A stretch of 64,000 nucleotides of DNA from Octopus bimaculoides. Lineage: Eukaryota. Positions 53,425 through 64,000 of this stretch are shown one piece after another (positions within the stretch are counted from its first letter, which is position 1; the number at the start of each line of letters is the position of its first letter). The notes beneath the pieces were generated by a model. The model did not search any database and was not told the origin of the DNA. It saw nothing but the letters and a program-made list of their open reading frames with translations. The stretch spans positions 13,213,980 to 13,277,979 of the forward strand of contig NC_068987.1 in the NCBI RefSeq assembly GCF_001194135.2, read 5' to 3'. The position numbers were made by a program, and so were the translations under genes.

Positions 53425-53625
53425 GGACATTGGAGAAAAGACTGTACTAGTAGCAACATGTGATGCATGTGAAGGATGACAATTGGGTGAAGATGTATCA
53501 AACAGTTCAAGGAGCCTGCGGAAGAGGAAGGCGGAACTGAGGAACTGGGGAAGGTGTGGGAAGAAGCCATGAAGTCTGATCTCAGGATACTGGATCTTGT
53601 GAAGATAATAATGTATTACAGCAAG
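53425..53625 (+). mobile_element. RTE-clade LINE ORF 3' remnant
   Basis: Decayed peptide EKRLY**QHVMHVKDDNWVKMYQTVQGACGRGRR..KVWEEAMKSDLRILDL matches the RTE C-terminal RLRW.GHV...GRGRP.K.W...DL motif. Confidence 0.7.
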
Positions 53626-54744
53626 GGTTGAAAAGATATTCTGGGGAGGAAAAAATGGCACAAAATGATGGGGAATGAATATGGTGATAATGATGTATGG
53701 ACGTTTTGTGTGTGTGGATGTGTGCNNNNNNNNNNNNNNNNNNNNNNNNNNNNNNNNNNNNNNNNNNNNNNNNNNNNNNNNNNNNNNNNNNNNNNNNNNN
53801 NNNNNNNNNNNNNNNNNNNNNNNNNNNNNNNNNNNNNNNNNNNNNNNNNNNNNNNNNNNNNNNNNNNNNNNNNNNNNNNNNNNNNNNNNNNNNNNNNNNN
53901 NNNNNNNNNNNNNNNNNNNNNNNNNNNNNNNNNNNNNNNNNNNNNNNNNNNNNNNNNNNNNNNNNNNNNNNNNNNNNNNNNNNNNNNNNNNNNNNNNNNN
54001 NNNNNNNNNNNNNNNNNNNNNNNNNNNNNNNNNNNNNNNNNNNNNNNNNNNNNNNNNNNNNNNNNNNNNNNNNNNNNNNNNNNNNNNNNNNNNNNNNNNN
54101 NNNNNNNNNNNNNNNNNNNNNNNNNNNNNNNNNNNNNNNNNNNNNNNNNNNNNNNNNNNNNNNNNNNNNNNNNNNNNNNNNNNNNNNNNNNNNNNNNNNN
54201 NNNNNNNNNNNNNNNNNNNNNNNNNNNNNNNNNNNNNNNNNNNNNNNNNNNNNNNNNNNNNNNNNNNNNNNNNNNNNNNNNNNNATATATATGGTAATGT
54301 TCCCCACAGTTTCCATCTACCAAAATCAATCACATGGCATTGTTCACCTGGGGTTATTATAGGAGACAGTTGCCTAAGGTACCACTATGTGGCACCTTAA
54401 GGACTGAACTTAAAACTCCTTGGTTACAAAACAAGATTCTTTACCACAAATCCATTATCTAATGATAATTGATATGTAATTTTGCAAAACCAAGAGAAAC
54501 TTTTTCATTATCGTAGTAAAAAGGAAGCCAGATAGTGTCTGTGTGTGGGGGGGGGGGCATTAATTAATATGTACCAGAGGGGTGGAGTTGCTGTTGATGA
54601 TATGTTATGTAAACAGACGACTGTTGGTAGTTGTGCGATAGTGGGTGATACAATAATAATGGGACGACAGCAAGAAATGCTGAGCTCAGATCTGAAAAAT
54701 CCCAATTTCATTTATTTATTCATTTTACTGCATACATGGTGCAG

Positions 54745-55110
54745 GCTTGGTTGTGTGGTTAAAAAGCTCACTTTGCAGCCTCATGGTTCCGAGTTCAGTT
54801 CCACTGCACACTACCTCAGACAAAGTATCTTCTACTATAGCCTTGTGAATGAATTTGGTAGATGGAAGCTGCATGGAAGCCCATTGTGTTTGTGCATGTA
54901 TATATGTATATCTTTGTGTCAATTTGTCCTGCACCCACCATTGCTTGACAGCTGGTGCTGGTTTATTTGTATCCCCATAATTTGGCAGTTTGACAAAAGA
55001 GACCAAAATGTGCTGGGATCGATTTATCCAATTAAACCCTTCAAAGGGAGACTGCAGCATAATCCGCAGTCCAATGACTGACACAAGAAAAGACAAAAGA
55101 TACTTAAACC
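54745..55110 (+). mobile_element. SINE A1, older copy
   Basis: Head and tail recognisable. Confidence 0.75.
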
Positions 55111-55659
55111 ATAAAACAATGATAATGATGATGATATTAATGATGATGATGATATTAATGATGATGATGATGATGGTGATACTAATTGTGATGTTAATGG
55201 TGGTGAATGCAGACTGTGCCAATGAAATTTATAAATTTTTAATCCAGTGCAGCAACTAGTTTGGACTTGACTTTGGGTGAAAACTTTGCTTGTCCTTGTT
55301 GTAAAGTTGTTCTTTTGTTTATCTTTGCCCTCTAGCTTGTGTCAGTGTCAAGGTATTATAAAAGTTGATTTAGATGCAGGTGGAGCTGTGTGGTTAAGAA
55401 GCTTGATTCACAACCTCACTGTTTTGAGTTTAGTTTCAGTGTGTAGCACCTTGGATAAGTGCTTTCGACTATAGCCCCAAGTTGACCAATGCCTTGTGAG
55501 TGAATTTGGTAGACAAAAACTGTGTACAAGCTCACCATATATGTGTGTGTGTGTATCCTCATCATCATCGTTTAACATCCATCTTTCATGTATGCATGGG
55601 TAGGACAGTTGACAGGAGCCGGCCAGGTAGAAAATCTACCCGAGGCTACTGTGCCTGTT

Positions 55660-55895
55660 TTGGCAGGCACAGTACCGTTGCCAGTACCGCCTGACTGGCC
55701 CTCATGCCGGTGGCACGTAAAAGCACCCACTACACTCTCGGAGTGGTTGGCGTTAGGAAGGGCATCCAGCTGTAGAAACTCTGCCAGGTCAGATTGAAGC
55801 CTGGTGCAGCCATCCGGTTCACCAGTCCTCAGTCAAATCATCCAACCCACACTAGCATGGAAAGCGGACATTAAACGATGATGATGATGATGATG
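55660..55895 (+). mobile_element. Family C LINE 3' end
   Basis: Match to other C copies. Confidence 0.88.
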
Positions 55896-56424
55896 AATGT
55901 AAAGAGCTGGAAGAACTGCCACAAAGCATTTCGTCCGATGTCCTAATGATTCTTCCAGCTTGTCACTTTTGTCATTAAATAATGCTATATAACTTTGTCA
56001 GTCCTACATCTTTATTGCTTTGTTCCAGAACTTTTAACTTTTGCTCTTTTTTATTTCTTCCAATTTACAAAAGTTTACATTTCTCTTTGTCATGCTTTGC
56101 TCTTGTTGTTCTCGTTGTCGTTGCTGTGTTTCCTAAGTTGTTTAGCAATTCTGTCCTCCACATTGCTGTCATCTTGCAATGACTCACACCAGCAAGTTTT
56201 TGTCTCAAGTTGTTTCATTTATTTTACTTTATTAAGTTATCCTTATTCATGATGAGGATGCTGATAGTATTAAAGATGACATTGATGGTGATGGTTACGG
56301 TGGTGGTAATGATGATGATGATAATGAAGTGGTAGCAGAGGTGGTGGTGGTGGTGGTGGAAGCAGTGTTGGTGACAATAATACCTTTTTTTTATTCTTCT
56401 TATTTGTTAATCTTATGCTTTCAC

Positions 56425-56532
<108 letters not shown>

Positions 56533-57593
56533 GAAGTGTTTTGCTTAGAATAACAATAAAAAAAATCTAAGTGAAATTACAAAAATAAATAATATTAATC
56601 CCTGCTGCCATGCTACAGTATCCTTGATTAGTCGTAAACTATAAAAGACAACTGATGAGAAGAAAAAAAATGGCTGAGTTTGACATTAAGTTTAAACACA
56701 AACACAATGAACTCCACCCTCCTTTTTTCTTCTTTTAAATTCCGTTTTCTTACTTAGACATTTTACATCATCATCATCATGCCATTCACTTTTCCATACT
56801 TGCATGGGTTGGACAGAGCTTATTGAGGCAGATTATTTGTGGCCAGATGTCCTTCCTGTTGCCAACCTTCACCTGTTTCCAAGTAAGGTACTATTTTCTC
56901 ATGACAAGACATTTTTTCACAGAAGACCAGAAATGAATGGCACTGTTTTGGTTGGCGTTAGGAAGGGCATCTAGCTGTAGAAACTCTGCCAAATTTAGAT
57001 TGGAGCCTGGTGTTGCCATCCGGTTTCACCAGTCCTCAGTCAAATCGTCCAACCCATGCTAGCATGGAAAGCGGACGTTAAACGGTGATGATGATGATGA
57101 TGATGATGATTTTACTACTGTCACATACAAACACTCATACCCCCCCACACACACACACACACGTACAGATGTGAAATGATGATGATGATGTTGAGTCTTT
57201 GTGTTTGTCCCCAACACTGTTTAAGGACCAGTATTGGTTTCTTTACATCCCCGCAACTTAGAAGTTTGGCAAGGCAGGCTGATGGAACAAGTACCAGACT
57301 TACAAAGGACAATAAGTACCGGTGTCGATTTGTTCAAGTAAAACCCCTTCAAGGCAGTGTTCCAGCATGGCCGTACTCCACTGGCTGAAACAAATAAAAA
57401 CTGAAAGAAGACCCCACCCCCATTATCTTCATGATTATCATCATCATAATCATCATAATCCTCATCATAGCCATCATCATTAATGTTCTCAATGTCCCAG
57501 TGGTATTCTATAGTAGAGGATATACCATGTCCCTACCTATGAAAAGGAATGTGCTGATGCAAAAGTTTGGGTTACTTCTTGTTCTTTCTCTTT

Positions 57594-57634
<41 letters not shown>

Positions 57635-57979
57635 GAACTTTTCTTTGACAGAAGCTTGAGAATCAACAGGTGATCTTCAGAAAACAGAAGTTCAGTGCTA
57701 GAAATAGTTCTATGTTATCTATACTTGTAAATGCCTAAAATAAATATCAACCACCACTAAATCCAGACAACCTGTCTAAGAATATCTACAAAGTTGATCT
57801 GGCTTATAGAAATTGTTACAGAATTGAAATATCTTTATCCTCCTCTTCTCTAATCTGTTTTTCTGATGTAAATCTCAGAAACAGAAATAAACATTCAAAG
57901 TTCTTGTCAGAGGTAAATTTATTACTTTTTAGTGATTTCTTATATCAGATATTAATATACAAGAATATCTGATTATAGG

Positions 57980-58345
57980 TGTGGGCGTGGTTGCATGATT
58001 GAGAAGTTTACTTCCCAATCACATGGTTCTGGGTTCGGTCCCACTGCCTAGCACCTTGAGCAGGTGTCTTCTCTAGATCCTGGTCGAGCAAAGCCTTGTT
58101 AGTGGATTTGGTAGACAAACACTGAAAGAAGCCTGTCGTACATATGTGTGTGTGGGTGTGTGTGTGTTTGTCCTCCACCACCACTTCGCAACTGGTGTTA
58201 GTTTGTTTATGTCCACATAAAAGGAAACCAGGAGAATAAATACCATACTTAAAAATAAGTAGTGGGGTCAATTTGTTCAACTAAAAGCCTTCAAGGTGGT
58301 GCTCCAGCATGGCTGCAGTCCAATGACTGAAACAAGTAAAAGAGT
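57980..58345 (+). mobile_element. SINE A1
   Basis: Head, (TG)n and tail. Confidence 0.85.
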
Positions 58346-58954
58346 GTGTGTGTGTATATGTCTTTATCTTGACATTGTATGGAGTTAGACACTCAATACA
58401 TCAAGTAGAGGAATTACTCATTTATTTAAATATCCTTTGAACTGTCCAGTATAGGAGACCCTTCAAGAAGCTTGCACTCTACTGGCATAGCTTTGTGTCA
58501 TTGAGGCATGCAAGCCACTACACCATCACAAGAACTGGACTGGACCTTTTGGTGGGCATAGCATATGTCGGTCTACATTATTTACAGTGTTCATCCTTAG
58601 AAGATGTGATTTTGGGTGTATTTGACTGTTATCTCTAGCAAGTTAATGGACCAGCCACATAGGGGTTCCGATATTTGATAGCAGTCTTTTGTCTTTATTA
58701 TCCACTAAGTAAGGCAGTGAGCTGGCAGAATTGTTTGCACGTTGGGCAAAGGCATTTCATCCAGCTTTACATTCTGGGTTCAAATTCTGCCAAGGTTGAC
58801 TTTGCCATTCATCCTTTTGAGGTCAACGAAATAAGTGTCAGTTGAGCACTGGGGTCAATGTATCTCCCTCTCACAAAATTTTAGGCCTTGTGCCTGTGGT
58901 AGAAAGAATTATCCACAAAGTAGCAGTGCTCCGCAACAAGGTCCAGTCCTTATT

Positions 58955-59640
58955 GCAGTGTGATGGCTTGTGTGGCCCAACTGACCCTAAGAGCTATGCC
59001 AGTGGAGAGCAAGCCGAATAGATCAAAGGACAGAGGTCAGGCAAATATGGACCACCCCATTCCAAATGTAAAAATGGGTTTACAGAGGACCAAGATCCCT
59101 ATTGAGGAAAAAGCAATGTTATAGATCAGGAGTTCTTCACCATTTTTTTGTCTATGGGCCCTTTTGATTACTATTTTATTCTGGTGCCCTGCCCCCACCA
59201 TCGCCATTTTGATGTTTAAAATTTAGTTTTATTGAAACTTCTTTCAAAATTCTTTTTTGAAACTATGTATAATGTCAGAGAAAGAAAATTTTTTTTAGGA
59301 GCCCTTAAAATACTATTGCAGATTGCCCCCCCCCCACACACACACAATTTATTATTTTGTTGCATGAACCCCAAAAGATCTTATATGAACCCTCCAGGCC
59401 ATATGGACCCTGGTTGAGAACTACTGTTATAGAGGCACCAATGACAATTCAAGACCAATTCAAGACCAGGAAGAGGAAGGCCTTCCCTCAAGGAAACATA
59501 TAAGACTGCAGCAAAATTCAAAAGAGAAGGCCAAGATCTAATTTGAGAGAACCGAAAAAGACCACTCAAAGTTGAGAACATTGAAGCAAAGTCGTCAATG
59601 GCCAATGCTCCATAGGGAGAGAAAGGCTTAATTAAGTAAG
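58955..59640 (+). mobile_element. Internally deleted (bipartite) RTE-clade element: 5'UTR-like segment joined to the 3' end
   Basis: TGACCCTAAGAGCTATGCCAG resembles RTE 5'UTRs (from memory); 3' end reads ..KVVNGQCSIGRERLN* with a TAAG tail. Confidence 0.5.
59127..59426. mobile_element. hAT/Charlie-type MITE
   Basis: TIRs CAGGAGTTCTTCACC / GGTTGAGAACTACTG; 8-bp TSD TTATAGAT / TTATAGAG, close to the Charlie NTCTAGAN preference. Confidence 0.85.
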
Positions 59641-60761
59641 CAGTAGTAGTAATAGTGATGAAGTAAGTTCCATTTGTAATTAACCTGGAAACAGTTGCCA
59701 ACTAGAAAGTGGTTTATTTATGTAGATGTGGAATAGATTTTTCACCTCCCCTTCTAGATTAGTTCACTTTAGTCATCGACAGGCGTTGCAGAGGAAATGG
59801 CTGCCAAATTATATCATATCTTTTCAGATGTCTATATGTTGATTAATTTAATGACTCTAGTCATAGACAGGTGTTACGGGGCGATGACTGCCAAATTACA
59901 CCATATCTCCTTATGTCTGAGCATTTGCTAATTCAGTATGTTCTATTGATTACTGCAGCATCAATGTTTATATAGACTCTTTCATGTGTGAGTTAGACTT
60001 CCATTATCTGGCTCATAAAAAAAAGCAATGCTTGTGTATCTGCATACATATACACACATGCAATACACACACATTTATATATATATATATATATATATAA
60101 ATATATATATATTCACATGCACATGCATATATGTGTGTGTGTATTTGTATGTATGTATGCAATATAAACATTATAAGGCACAGGATGGCCAATTAGTTAA
60201 GGAGTTCACTTCAAAAACGATGGGTTCCAGGTTCAATCCCTCTGTGTAGCATCTTGGTCAAATGTCATTTTTTATAGCCTCAGGTCTACCCATACCTTGT
60301 AAACTGAAACTGGATAGATGGAAACTGTACAGAAGCTGATCAAATTAAAAGGTGCAGCCTTGCCACACACACTGTGTTTGGCTCATTATTCTGCCTGAGA
60401 ATTACATTAAGAGTACACATGGCAGTGAAATACTCTGCCACTTTCATGCTAATTCAATGAAGCTAATGCTTTGGTTGATTGAACAGCTAAATACTATTTA
60501 TCAAAACAAGAATAGTTCCATCCATATAATATATATAATGTGTGTGTATATGTACTCACACGTACATATATATATATGCATTCTTATGAGCATGCATACC
60601 ACCATATATATATATATATGTGCACATACATTGTGTGTGTGTGTGTGTGTGTAGATATAAATATGGTGCAAAAAAAATAAAAAAGGACATGAAGTAAACA
60701 GTGTTTTAGGTTTACGCTCAGGAAAAGTAGACAGGGAAAGTCTTTTATGTTTTGAGGCACA

Positions 60762-60936
60762 GGAGTGGCTGTGTGGTAAGTAGCTTGCTTACCAACCACA
60801 TGGTTCTGGGTTCAGTCCCATTGCGTGGCATCTTGGGCAAGTGTCTTCTACTATAGCCTCGGGCCGACCAAAGCCTTGTGAGTGGATTTGGTAGACAGAA
60901 ACTGAAAGAAGCCCATCGTATATATGTATATGTATG

Positions 60937-60971
<35 letters not shown>

Positions 60972-61190
60972 TTGTGTGTCTATGTTTGTCCCCCCAACAC
61001 CGCTTGACAACCGATGCTGGTGTGTTTACGTCCCCATAACTTAGCGGCTCGGCAAAAGACACCGATAGAATAAATACTAGGCTTACAAAGAATAAGTCCT
61101 GCGGTCGATTTGCTCGACTATAGGCGGTGCTCCAGCATGGCCGCAGTCAAATGACTGAAACAAGTAAAAGAGTAAAGAGTAAAAAGAGTA
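60762..61190 (+). mobile_element. SINE A1, full length and young
   Basis: Reference-quality copy. Confidence 0.93.
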
Positions 61191-61984
61191 TGTGCTCCTC
61201 TACAGGAAAAATAGAAGAGGAGAGGAAAACATGGAGAGAGAAAGCAAATATATCCCCCACCACACACACAAAGACACACATGCATGCATGCATACATATA
61301 TACATATATACATGCCATAGGATGTTCCCTGATTTCTCTCGACACTGATAAGCCTGATGTTTATCTTCAGATTTCATAAGATGAAAGATGAACCTTTTTC
61401 AAGAGTTGAATGCCATTTTATTGCAATCAGTCCTCCCAGAAGAGCTAATTATCTCCAAGAACTAGTGGAATCAAGACTTTCTAGGATTAAGTAAACTACT
61501 GCAGATTCAAACCCAACTCCCATTTGTTGTTAATCCCATACTTTAAGTCACTGTCATCATTGTTGTCATCATCATTATGATCCTTATCATTCCAACATCT
61601 ACTGCTTCCCTGTTTGTATGGGTCAGGTTAAATTCAGTGAAACAGTGTTGTAAAGCCAGATGCTCTTTGAACAGCACAACAGCCAGACATGTTTTCACAG
61701 AAGATAGCAAACAACACTGCTTCTGTTGTTGTTGTTGTTGTTGTTGTCATCATCACAGTCGCAGTCCAACGACGTGTACAGCACTCACCATTGTCGTTTT
61801 ATTACCCACTTCAAATCATCATATCTGACCCACTTCTCTCTTTTTATTTTTTTATCTTTTTCTGATAGTCTGTGATCACCAGGGCATAAAGTATCTATGA
61901 TTTAACAGGTTCCCCCCCCCCTGCTGTTTATTCACAACCACTATATCTTGCATCATCATCATCATCACTATTATTACAGGTGAA

Positions 61985-62575
61985 CTTAGGGTGGTGAGCT
62001 GGCAGAATCGTTAGCATGCCAGGTGAAATGTTTAACAGTATTTCACTTGTCTTCACGTTCTGAGTTCAAATGCCGCTAGGGTCAATTTTGCCTTTCATTC
62101 TTTCAGGGTCAGTAAATCAAGTACCAGTTACGCACTGCGGTCGATGCAATTGACTGAATCCCTTCTCCCAAATTTGAGGCCTTGTGTTTCCAGTAGAAAG
62201 GATTATAACAATTGAACTTGGTCTCTGTTCAAATCTCACTGAAGTCATGTTTGCTTTTATCCTTCTGGAATCAAAAAATAAAATAAAATATAGTCAAGTA
62301 CTGGAATCAATGTAAATGGTCAATACCCTACTTCCCCTAAAATTTCTGGCACCATACCAAAATTTGAAACAATTCGAGCTGGCAGAATCGTTAGCACGCC
62401 AGGCGTAATGCTTAGCAGTATTGCGTCTGCTGCTACGTTCTGAGTTCAAATTCCGCTGCGGTTGACTTTGCCTTTCATCCTTTCGGGGTCGATTAAATAA
62501 GTACCAGTTACGCACTGGGGTCGATGTAATCAACTTAGTCCCTTTGTCTGTCCTTGTTTGTTCCCTCTGTGTTTA
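61985..62575 (+). mobile_element. SINE B copies (two plus-strand copies and a short inverted tail fragment)
   Basis: B heads at ~61995 and ~62377. Confidence 0.8.
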
Positions 62576-63513
62576 GCTTCCATCTACCAAATCCTTTCAC
62601 AAGGCTTTCTCAACCCAGGGCTATAGTGGAAAACATTTTCTTAAGGAGCCATGCAGTGGGGGAGCCTGAAACCAATCAGCCACCTCTGCACCTTCAACCA
62701 TATCCAGTATAAAATATGTATTGGTTATATTCTAAGACAGACATGGGTGACCTTTTCTGAGAAGCGGGCCAAATGAGACATGGTTCGCCATCAGGTAGGC
62801 CACACTACTTGTAAAAAAATTCAAGTCAACTTTTCATCAGGCATGCCATTCAGAAAGCCCCACAGGCTACAGATTGCCCATGGCTGGTCCAGGATCAGAT
62901 TAATGATCTTAAAACTTTTCACTGCGATAAAGATCACAAAAACTAGTTTGTATTAGAATCTTGTTATTTACAATTGGCTTCGTGATTGGAGATAATTTTA
63001 ATGTATGGATTACAATTTTTAAAAAATGATTTTCTTTTATCAATTTCATCCAGTCATTTTAGATATTAAGACTACAGATATCACTAGAAGCGAGCCACAA
63101 AAAGCTAATCCCTACCACCACTAAATTTTTAATCCTTCCACATAGAAAATGATTAAGCCTTAATCTTATACACAAATGATTTAGTATCTATTTTAATTAT
63201 ATGTTATTAATCATTTCTTTGTTGCATTTTTTAATAGATTTCTTTCACAATATAAATACACACACACACACACACATTTATTTATTTATTTATTTATGTG
63301 TTTCAGTCATTAGACTGTGACCATGCTGGGGCACTGCCTTGAAGAATTTTTAGTCAAGTGTCTCAACCCCTGTACTTATTTTTATAAGCCTGGTACTTAT
63401 TCTGTCAGACTCTTTTGCTGAACCACTAAGTTACAGGGACGTAAATACACTAACACCAGTTGTCAAGCAGCAGTGAGGAGATAAACATAGACACAAACAC
63501 ACACACGTATAAT

Positions 63514-63787
63514 TACCAACAGGGCAAATTTTAGCCATTTCTCCACAGACTGAAAAATGATGAACAACCTTAATCGATTTCCGAACCTTATTGGGTTCTC
63601 ATCAGAGGCATCCACATCATTTTGACAGTCTCCAGAGAAACAAACAACCAAACTGTTTATATACTCAACAAATGCAGCAGTCATTCTATGAAGGAGTCCC
63701 TAATTTGCATACCGAAAGTGTTTAACACTCTATAGATACCAGTGGCCTGTCAACAGGAATCTTAGTCCACATAGTATCAAGGTATGA
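63514..63787 (-). mobile_element. Hammerhead-containing small element (retrozyme-like)
   Basis: 274 bp of non-SINE sequence between TATAAT repeats (63508-63513, 63788-63793), inside the SINE internal microsatellite. Confidence 0.65.
63538..63640 (-). ncRNA. Type I hammerhead ribozyme motif with A13G core variant
   Basis: Minus strand GCCU-CUGAUGA-GAACC-CAAUAA-GGUUC-GGA-AAUCGAUU-A-AGGU; stem I continues AAAAUGAUG/CAUCAUUUU, AGACUG/CAGUCU, UUUCUCU/GGAGAAA. Confidence 0.8.
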
Positions 63788-64000
63788 TATAATATACATA
63801 TATATATGATAGGCTTCTTTCAGTTTCCATCTACCAGATCCACTCAAGGCTTTGGTCGGTCTGGGACTATAGTAGAAGATGCTTGCTCAAGGTGTCACAC
63901 AGTAGGATTGAATCTGGAACTATGTGGTTGGGAAGCAGTCTTTTGTTTTTTCTTTTTTAAAGCAAATTTTAAAACCTCGCCACAAAGTCTCCACTCACAC

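Larger units (their letters stand above)
63295..63945 (-). mobile_element. SINE A1 split by a 274-bp insertion
   Basis: Tail half 63295-63507 and head half 63794-63945 are collinear with the A1 consensus once 63514-63793 is removed. Confidence 0.85.

Noticed and set aside
8571-54400. Long ORFs of 120-400 aa in the track (e.g. 9952-10946, 22898-23539, 45017-45717, 53128-54400)
   Set aside because: They run through N gaps, which hide stop codons, and through dinucleotide repeats.
61371-61490. 39-codon open frame after a TTTATCTTCAG acceptor
   Set aside because: Weak donor, no recognisable protein, and within chance expectation.
63549-63781. Apparent plus-strand exon (CAG|...CAAG|GTATGA)
   Set aside because: All three frames are closed, and the segment is better explained as the hammerhead-bearing insert.

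Overview
AT-rich, repeat-saturated animal genomic DNA from a gapped draft assembly (13 N-runs). The SINE/LINE repertoire looks like an octopus genome, but that is an inference from remembered repeat sequences. No convincing protein-coding gene was found; the long ORFs in the track come from N-runs, microsatellites or SINEs. Most of the window is microsatellites, at least five tRNA-head SINE types (my labels A, B, D, E; F is a tail only), 5'-truncated LINE 3' ends with (GAT)n tails (label C), decayed RTE-clade remnants, several TTAA-flanked piggyBac-type MITEs, one hAT/Charlie MITE, a Tigger/pogo remnant and one tRNA-like Pol III unit. The main discovery is a 274-bp insert (63514-63787, TATAAT direct repeats) inside a SINE. 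It carries a near-perfect type I hammerhead ribozyme on the minus strand, with one core deviation (A13G), a palindromic stem III, a CAAUAA loop II and a long stem I. It also has a partial hammerhead-like motif on the opposite strand, so it is a candidate retrozyme or viroid-like element. Most SINE boundaries are approximate (about +/-15 bp) unless a target-site duplication (TSD) is quoted.
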